Assembly (NCBI GenBank): GCA_965223265.1
Contig: OZ244999.1
Coordinates: 7,968,001 to 8,032,000 of the forward strand
DNA from: Planctomycetota bacterium
GTDB lineage: Bacteria > Planctomycetota > UBA8108 > SXIK01
DNA length: 64,000 nt
Direction of reading: 5' to 3'
Shown in pieces: positions 57,292 to 64,000 of this stretch. The position numbers were made by a program, and so were the translations under genes. The notes beneath the pieces were generated by a model that ran no database searches, had not been told where the DNA came from, and saw only the letters and a list, made by a program, of their open reading frames with translations. Position 1 is the stretch's first letter, and each line of letters starts with the position of its first letter.

Positions 57292-57385
57292 GGTACTCGG
57301 GTGAAGGCGCTGGGAGGAGAGAGGGTCCGCACGTAGACCCGCTCACCATACCAGTTCGCTGCGGTCGCGTCAAAGAGGCCTTGGT

Positions 57386-57859
57386 CTAACCTTCGCCGCG
57401 AATGCGCTTCCACTCGCGGACCAGCGAGAAGACGAAACCCTCGTTGTCCTCGTCGAGATCGAACAAGTTGTAGTGCACGACCGATTCGCCGGACTCGAGG
57501 CGCAGTTTGACGCCCCACGAACCGACGATCAGCAGAGCGGCAAGAATGGCGACGACACTGCTGACGCCCCAGCTCCAACCGCTCGATTCGATGAAGATCT
57601 TCGCGATGACCGCGATCGCCGCGAGACCGATCCCGAGTAGCAGGGAGACGCCGTCGAGCTGCTTGACGATGCGGATGTCGGTGATCTCTTCGAGCTCGTG
57701 GCGGGCGACGAGTTTGCCATCACCTGTCTCGCGACGCAGCGCGCCGTCTTCGAGGATGAGGCCGGACTTTTGCAGCGTCAGCTTGACGTGCGGAGCCCGA
57801 TCCCTCGCCGTTTTCGATTGCGTTTCGTTCGCAGTCAGGGTTGCCGTCTCCTCTGCCAT
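57386..57859 (-). CDS. Hypothetical membrane protein (2 TM)
   Basis: Two hydrophobic helices between soluble segments; AAGG upstream of ATG 57859. Confidence 0.65.
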   Translation of the reverse strand: MAEETATLTANETQSKTARDRAPHVKLTLQKSGLILEDGALRRETGDGKLVARHELEEITDIRIVKQLDGVSLLLGIGLAAIAVIAKIFIESSGWSWGVSSVVAILAALLIVGSWGVKLRLESGESVVHYNLFDLDEDNEGFVFSLVREWKRIRGEG

Positions 57860-58382
57860 AACGTCGTCGCCTTTCTTCTTTTCCGTTACGCGACTTTGCG
57901 TGCGTTTGGCCTTTGGCGGCCGGATCGACGCTCGTGCTCCCCGCGCGACGCGGCGCATCAGGGTGCGGTCTGGAGGCGACGAGGTGTCGCCCGAAGAAGT
58001 CTCCGCTGGTCGCCGAACCTCGTCAAGGGCCTATAAAGCGACGCTCCCCGCTGTCGCTCGCGCGAAGTTAGCCTGGTGACGCACGCTGCGGCGTTTTGGG
58101 TCCTCGCCTGATTCCTCAGGCTTGAGAGACGCAGATCCGCGTGCGGTTGTTGGGGGCGCCTCGATTCTGCGGTAGGATGGCGAAGCGAAAGGTTATCGGT
58201 CGATCTCAACAGGGCGGAACGATTCACGACGCGCCGATCACGGCAGCCACTGTGCGGAGATCGAACTTGTCAGAGCCAGATTCAGCGCAGGGTCGTCCGT
58301 TGCATTGCCGTTGGTTTGCTGTCGATTCTTGCCCCACCGCGCGCGAAAAAGAGACGCTAGGAAACGCCTTCGACCTGGCGCG

Positions 58383-58398
58383 TGGCACACCGTTCGCG
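58383..58398 (+). promoter_or_regulatory. Putative sigma-54 promoter for the second CotH gene
   Basis: TGGCACACCGTTCGCG, GG-N10-GC, about 60 nt before GTG 58456. Confidence 0.4.
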
Positions 58399-58455
58399 AC
58401 GTCTTCGCCGTCTTGCGGCGGCCTGACTGCTCGACGCCTTTGCCGTCGTCCCGGT

Positions 58456-61400
58456 GTGGGTCGCTGGTGGGGAATCATCGTCGTGGTCGGCGTCTGCGGA
58501 GTGCTGAGCGGACCCCTGCACGCGCAGCTCTCATTGGCCATCACGGAGTTCGTCGCTGCCAATGCCGACGGTCTCCGCGACGTCGATGGCGATGCCGCGG
58601 ACTGGATCGAGATCTACAATTTCTCGGGCACGCCGCAGCCGCTGACGGGGTGGAGTCTGACCGATGCCCGTTCGGATCCGCGCAAGTGGGTCTTTCCTGA
58701 CGTCGAGCTCGCGGCGCGGTCGTTTCTCGTCGTCTTTGCTTCGGGCAAGGACAAGCTCGCGCCTGACGGCGAGCTCCACACGAACTTTCGGCTGCGTCGC
58801 GACGGCGAATATCTGGCTCTCGTCGACCCAGGTGGCGACGTGATTTCAGAGTTCGCGCCGCAGTACCCTGCGCAGCACCCGTTCGCAGCCTTCGGCCCAC
58901 GACTCGAGACGAGAACGCTGGGCGAGTGGCGCAGCGGCGATTTGAGGTACCTCGTGCCAACCGGCGAGGAGCTCAGCCTCGAGTGGGTGACTCCCGATTT
59001 CGACGACAGCGCATGGAGCCGAGCGCCTGCGCCCATCGGCTTCGATTTCACCGAAGAGTTGAAGGTCGCTCCTGCGGTGCGCACTGACGTCAGCGAAGGC
59101 ATGCTAGGCGTCAACCCCACCCTGTACGCGCGCCTGACGTTTGAAGTGGAGAGCGTGCTCGACGTGTCTTCCCTTCTCCTGCGCATGCGCTTCGACGACG
59201 GGTTCATCGCGTACCTCAACGGTGTTGAGGTGGCACGCGCGGCTGCACCTAGCGAGGCGGGATGGCGCTCCACGGCGACCTCCGAGCGGCCGGGGGCGCT
59301 CGCCGTTCAGTTCGAGCACTTCGCTCTACCGAGCGCGATCGAACACCTACGCACAGGAGAGAACGTTCTCGCGATTCATGCGCTCAATGCGATCGCGGCC
59401 GACCCGGACTTTCTCTTGGCACCGGAGATCGAGGTCGTGAGACTCCTGGGACTCGACGCTTCCGAGCACGAGTTTAGTGCCGAGCCCACGCCGGGGGCAG
59501 CGAATCGCCGCGGCTTTGCGCACGTGGCGCCGCCGCCAACGGCGTCGCACGCCGCCGGGGTTTACCATGACGCCTTGTCGTTATCCTTCGCCTCGTCGCT
59601 GGCAAACGCGACGATTCGCTTCACGACGGATGGCTCCGCGCCGACCGAGTTTTCGCCGGTTTTTTCAGCGCCGCTCCTCGTCGATGTCGACACAATCGTC
59701 AGGGCGCGCGTCTTCGCGCTTGACCATGTGCCGAGCCCTATCGGGACGCGCGAGTTCATTCTGCTCGACCCCGAGCTTCTCGACTTCTCGTCGAACCTGC
59801 CGGTGTTCGTCCTTAGCACTTTCGCGCGGCAACTCGACCGCCGCGAGTTCGCGCCGGCGCTCTTGGCGCTCTTCGAGCCGGAGGAGGACGGCGGGCAAGC
59901 ACGTCTGGCGGCGGCGCCCCACCTGACCCACTCCACCGGGCTGCGCGTCCGCGGCTCGAGTACGGGTCGCTCCGCGAAGAGCTCGTTCGCCGTCGAGATC
60001 TGGGACGACGACCAAGATGATGAAGCGCTGGAGATTCTTGGCATGCCGGCGAGCTCGGACTGGGTTCTCTACGGCGCTCTCGACTATGATCCGGCGCTCA
60101 TCCGCAACGACTTCATGTATGCGCTCAGTAACCGCATCGGGCGTTACGCCGTCCGTACTCAGTTCTGCGAGGTCTTCTCCAATCCACGCGGCGGGCGCAC
60201 ATCGATGGCGCACTACATGGGCGTCTATTCATTCATGGAGCGCATCAAGCTCGGCCCTGAGCGTGTCGACGTCGAGCCTCTCGGGCCGGCCGACAACGCG
60301 GAGCCGGAGATCAGCGGCGGCTACATGCTGAAGATCGACCGCGGCGCACCTGGAGACGTCGGCCTCGGCGCCGGCGGGCAGGGAATGCTTTTCGTCGAGC
60401 CGAAGCGACCGACCGCGGCGCAGAAGGCGTGGATCGAGTCGTACATCAACGAGTTCGCTGCCGTCCTCGATAGTGACGGGTTCACGGATCCGCAGAACGG
60501 CTACCACAAGTACATTGGCGTCGACGAGTGGATCGACCACCACATCCTCAACGAGTTCGCTCGGAATCCGGATGGTCTCGCGCTCAGCACGTATCTGTAC
60601 AAGCAGCGCGGCGGCAAGCTCAACTTCGGCCCGATTTGGGATTTCGATCGCACCATGGGTTCTATGGACGGGCGCTCGACGGACCCCTACAGTTGGCGAC
60701 CCGGAACGTTCACCGATTTTCGCTGGTGGAGTCGCCTCTTCACCGACCCCGCCTTTTGGGAAGCCTATAAGGCTCGCTGGGGAGAGCTCCGGCGCGGCCC
60801 GATGCGCACCGAGAATCTGCTCGCGCTGGTGGATTCGCTGGTCGAGACGATCGGCGAAGCCGGTACGCGCAATGAAGTGCGCTGGTTTAGCTCGCGCATA
60901 CCTGGCAGATGGATGGAGGAAGTCGAGCGGCTCAAGAGCTGGATCGAAGCCCGGGTCTTTTGGATCGATTCGCAGTTCGTTGCGCTGCCGCAGCTGAGCC
61001 ATCCCGGCGGTCGTGTCGACAGCGGCTTTGAGCTTGAGATCACAGCGGACGATGCGGGGGCGATCTACTACACGCTCGACGGCACGGATCCGCTCGTCGA
61101 CTTCGCAGTGTCGCCGAGCGCGACGCGCTACAGCGGGCCGATTCGCATCACGCGCAACGTGCGGGTGACGGCGCGCAGCCAGACGGGCGACGGGCGCTGG
61201 AGCGAAGCGGTGTCGGCGCCGTTCGTGGTCGAGCTGATGCCGCTGGTTGTCTCCGAGATCATGTACAACCCCCTTGAAGGTGCCAACCTGGAGTTCATCG
61301 AACTGGTGAACGCCGGCACGGAACCGGTGGACCTTGCGGGCGTGCGATTCGTCGCTGGGGTCGCATTCGACTTTTCGCGCCTCGACGACACAGCGCTGGC

Positions 61401-61989
61401 CCCGGGCGAGTATATCGTGGCGGCCCGGAGCGCTTCTGCGGTGAAGGCAAAATACGGAGACGTGGTGCGCGCCGTCGGGCCAGTGGGGGGATCGCTTCAC
61501 AATAGCGGCGAGGAGATTGTGCTCTTGGGACCGCTCGGGGAGGAGCTGCAGCGGTTTACTTACGACGGAACCTGGTTCACCGCTGCTCGTGAGCAGGGGC
61601 ACTCGATTGTGATCATCGACCCCAGCGGGCCGCCCTCCGCATGGAGCGAACGAGACGGCTGGCGGGCGAGCCTCGAGCCAGGCGGCTCACCCGGTCGATC
61701 TGAGGCCGATGAAACATCATCACGACGACTCGTCGGCGACGTCCACGCCGACGGCCGCCTCAACGTCGCCGACGCCATCGCGATTCTTCTTCACCTGACA
61801 CGGGGGGGCATCGACGCGTCGTGCAGCGAGGGGAGCAGCCGCAGCTTCGTGTTGGATGCTAGCGGCGATGGGAGCGTCGATCTCGGTGACGCCCTTCACC
61901 TCTTGAACTACTTGTTCCGCGGCGGCGAGGCGGGTGCGCTGAGCGACGGTTGCCGTGTGATCCCGGACTGCGCCGCGGCCTGTCCGTGA
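58456..61989 (+). CDS. Secreted lamin-tail-domain / CotH kinase / dockerin-like protein (second paralog; start inferred)
   Basis: ITEFVA.N..DWIEIYN, DDGFIAYLNG, RGSS..K, YMGVY..ME.IK, N.DG, GPIWDFD, YTLDGTDP, VSEIMYNP, C-terminal dockerin-like pair. Confidence 0.88.
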   Translation: MGRWWGIIVVVGVCGVLSGPLHAQLSLAITEFVAANADGLRDVDGDAADWIEIYNFSGTPQPLTGWSLTDARSDPRKWVFPDVELAARSFLVVFASGKDKLAPDGELHTNFRLRRDGEYLALVDPGGDVISEFAPQYPAQHPFAAFGPRLETRTLGEWRSGDLRYLVPTGEELSLEWVTPDFDDSAWSRAPAPIGFDFTEELKVAPAVRTDVSEGMLGVNPTLYARLTFEVESVLDVSSLLLRMRFDDGFIAYLNGVEVARAAAPSEAGWRSTATSERPGALAVQFEHFALPSAIEHLRTGENVLAIHALNAIAADPDFLLAPEIEVVRLLGLDASEHEFSAEPTPGAANRRGFAHVAPPPTASHAAGVYHDALSLSFASSLANATIRFTTDGSAPTEFSPVFSAPLLVDVDTIVRARVFALDHVPSPIGTREFILLDPELLDFSSNLPVFVLSTFARQLDRREFAPALLALFEPEEDGGQARLAAAPHLTHSTGLRVRGSSTGRSAKSSFAVEIWDDDQDDEALEILGMPASSDWVLYGALDYDPALIRNDFMYALSNRIGRYAVRTQFCEVFSNPRGGRTSMAHYMGVYSFMERIKLGPERVDVEPLGPADNAEPEISGGYMLKIDRGAPGDVGLGAGGQGMLFVEPKRPTAAQKAWIESYINEFAAVLDSDGFTDPQNGYHKYIGVDEWIDHHILNEFARNPDGLALSTYLYKQRGGKLNFGPIWDFDRTMGSMDGRSTDPYSWRPGTFTDFRWWSRLFTDPAFWEAYKARWGELRRGPMRTENLLALVDSLVETIGEAGTRNEVRWFSSRIPGRWMEEVERLKSWIEARVFWIDSQFVALPQLSHPGGRVDSGFELEITADDAGAIYYTLDGTDPLVDFAVSPSATRYSGPIRITRNVRVTARSQTGDGRWSEAVSAPFVVELMPLVVSEIMYNPLEGANLEFIELVNAGTEPVDLAGVRFVAGVAFDFSRLDDTALAPGEYIVAARSASAVKAKYGDVVRAVGPVGGSLHNSGEEIVLLGPLGEELQRFTYDGTWFTAAREQGHSIVIIDPSGPPSAWSERDGWRASLEPGGSPGRSEADETSSRRLVGDVHADGRLNVADAIAILLHLTRGGIDASCSEGSSRSFVLDASGDGSVDLGDALHLLNYLFRGGEAGALSDGCRVIPDCAAACP

Positions 61990-62260
61990 AGCGGTAGAAT
62001 CCATGCGCTGACGCCGAGGGCGGTCGGCACGATCGACGAGTCTTCCGTCCTGCCGCCTCGTGATGCGACGGACGTCTTCGATCGCGTGCTGAGGGGTGGT
62101 TCTTCGATTGCAGCGTCCGCCGCGCCTGTCGTACCCTGTGAGACCCGCCCACCGATCGACCGGGGCTGCACACCGCCTCCCGGTCGGGCGCCGGCGGGCC
62201 GAGCTCGCGCGGAGCGCGTGCGGGCCGATCCAACGACGCAAAAACCTGTAGGAGATCACC

Positions 62261-63034
62261 ATGGCGACGACGAACCTGTTTGATTTGAGCGGCCGCGTAG
62301 CACTTGTCACCGGTGGCAGCAAGGGACTCGGTAAGGCCATGGCGCGTGGCTTCGCGACTGCCGGTGCGGACGTCGTGATTTCGAGCCGTCACGAGGACGA
62401 GCTTCAGGCGGCGCTCGAAGAGATTCTGGCGGGGACGGGCTGTCGAGGCGAGTACATCGTCGCTGACTTGAGCGAACGTTCGGAGGTCAATCGACTCGCG
62501 GCCGCGGCGACGCAGAAGATGGGGCACGTTGATGTGCTGGTGAACAACGCTGGCAGCAACGTCCCGGAACCTATCGACGCCATCAAGGATGAGAATTGGG
62601 ACCGCATTGTGGAGCTCAACTTGAGCTCGTGCATGGCGCTGACGCGGGCACTCGTGCCGCAGATGAAAGAGCGTGGCTGGGGCCGTGTCATTCACATCTC
62701 TTCGGTGCTCGGACTCGGTTCGAAAGAGGCACGCAACGGCTACTCGGCGACGAAGTCCGGACTCATTGGTCTAGCCAGAGCAAGCGCGCTCGATCTTGGC
62801 GGCACGGGCATCACGGTGAACTGCATTGCCCCTGGACCGTTCCTTACGGACTTGCCGATGAGTCTCCTCAGCGACACCGAGAAAGAAGAGTTTGCCACTC
62901 GCACGGCGCTCGGGCGCTGGGGTGAGCCCGCGGAGATTGCCGGTGCCGCGCTCCTCCTTGGGAGTGACGCTGGCAGTTACATCACCGGTGAGACCATCGT
63001 CGTCGATGGCGGCGCTCTTGCGAAGGCGCTGTAA
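62261..63034 (+). CDS. Short-chain dehydrogenase/reductase (gluconate 5-dehydrogenase/FabG-like)
   Basis: TGGSKGLG, NNAG, YSATK, VDGG; AGGAG RBS. Confidence 0.92.
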   Translation: MATTNLFDLSGRVALVTGGSKGLGKAMARGFATAGADVVISSRHEDELQAALEEILAGTGCRGEYIVADLSERSEVNRLAAAATQKMGHVDVLVNNAGSNVPEPIDAIKDENWDRIVELNLSSCMALTRALVPQMKERGWGRVIHISSVLGLGSKEARNGYSATKSGLIGLARASALDLGGTGITVNCIAPGPFLTDLPMSLLSDTEKEEFATRTALGRWGEPAEIAGAALLLGSDAGSYITGETIVVDGGALAKAL

Positions 63035-63041
63035 CGCGTCA

Positions 63042-63062
63042 CTCGAGTTCGGCCATTTCGCG
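63042..63062 (+). repeat. Solo copy of the MITE terminal repeat
   Basis: CTCGAGTTCGGCCATTTCGCG, 20/21 identical to the TIR at 14332. Confidence 0.7.
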
Positions 63063-63396
63063 CCCACCAGCTCAGCCGCGACGGCTCGCGTCACGTTCTC
63101 TTGAAGACCTTGCGGAGAAGGCGATCTTCGAGACGGGGGCTCGAGATGATCGGATGGACTAGTGTCCTGATTCAGAAGTTCGTTCAATATCGAGTCGGTC
63201 GAGACCGGTGTCAACGGGCTGTCAACCGACGGCCGCGAAGAGCCTCAGCAGAACGAAACAAAGGGAACGAAGTCGCTGGACTGCTTGTCTGTGTTGCCTT
63301 CGTTTCCTTTTGGTGGCGTGAGACTTCTTGCTCGAGCAGTCGGCTCACCGCGCTGTGTTGCCGCCGCCAATCCGGACGCGAAGCTTCCTACATGCT

Positions 63397-63999
63397 TCAC
63401 GAGTAGCTTTTTCCGAACCCCTGAATCGTCTGCAGGATACGCTGCGCGCGGGCGACATGCGCGGGGTCGGTCTCGCTCTCGACGTAGAGTTTCAGAAAGC
63501 GGCGCGACTTGTTGAACGTTCGATTGAAGAAATGAATGTAGCCGAGGTTGAAGTACGTCTCGCTCGTGATGTCTTCGTTGGGATGCGTGGCGACGTGATG
63601 TTCAAACACGCGTGCGGCTTTGTCGAACTGCTTGCGACGTAAGAAGTGCTCGCCCAACTTCCGCTCCATGTCGCTCTGAAACTCCGCGCTGCCGGTGCGT
63701 TCGATCGATGCGATGTACGCAGCGTAGGCACCGTCGAAGTCCTTCGCCTTGAGGAGCTCGTGGATCGTTGAGGAATCTGCGGTCGTCTGGCCCGCGTCGT
63801 CGTCGAACTCAGCCGTCTTGAGCGCTTCCTCGTCAACAACCAGTGCGTACTCGCGATCAGTCTCGACTTCCGTCTCCTCCACTTCGCCGGTGAGCCGATC
63901 GGCAACGTCACGAACTTTGATCTTCGTGGTCGAATACTTGGCCTTGGAGCTGCTCTTCTCTTCGCTCCCTCCGGCGTCTTCGTCGTCGTCGAGCTCGAA
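63397..63999 (-). CDS. TPR-containing protein, C-terminal part (5' end beyond the right edge)
   Basis: Frame open to the window edge; acidic linker then TPRs (LGEHFL..QFDKAARVFE, YFNLGYIHF). Confidence 0.75.
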   Translation of the reverse strand, partial: FELDDDEDAGGSEEKSSSKAKYSTTKIKVRDVADRLTGEVEETEVETDREYALVVDEEALKTAEFDDDAGQTTADSSTIHELLKAKDFDGAYAAYIASIERTGSAEFQSDMERKLGEHFLRRKQFDKAARVFEHHVATHPNEDITSETYFNLGYIHFFNRTFNKSRRFLKLYVESETDPAHVARAQRILQTIQGFGKSYS

Positions 64000-64000
64000 G

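Noticed and set aside
1-64000. CRISPR array, rRNA, prophage, transposase or anti-phage system (the sirtuin was considered as a Sir2 defence effector)
   Set aside because: No regularly spaced repeats or hallmark genes were seen; the sirtuin has standard CobB motifs and a housekeeping context.

Overview
GC-rich bacterial chromosome segment with about 46 CDSs. It is probably Planctomycetota, inferred from dockerin-like C-termini, lamin-tail/CotH proteins and long-leader prepilin-like genes. No rRNA, tRNA, CRISPR array or transposase was seen. Gene order from the left: two prepilin-like genes; a peptide ABC operon; DoxX; glgC; a TPR protein with a redox-dead thioredoxin fold; an ArnT-like glycosyltransferase; an enlarged GlmS; a hydrolase and an ADH; three coupled HtrA-like genes, two lacking catalytic residues; a putative sigma-54-driven cluster (Lys-rich repeat protein, N-formylglutamate amidohydrolase, QEGLA/DUF1704 metallopeptidase, GshB-like ATP-grasp ligase, sigma-54 activator). 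Then come cobB; gluconolactonase; an FG-GAP-dockerin protein; an NHLRC2-like protein; a degenerate RluA; an SDR; a hybrid histidine kinase missing its phospho-residues; two LTD-CotH-dockerin proteins flanking a MoaD/HesA/modABC region; a second SDR; and a partial TPR gene. Intergenic DNA holds a 253-bp MITE (21-bp perfect TIRs, 5-bp TSD) with decayed end copies, a second fold-back MITE-like element, a GTAG-type REP doublet and several -24/-12 promoters. All calls are from motif reading by eye; no searches were run.
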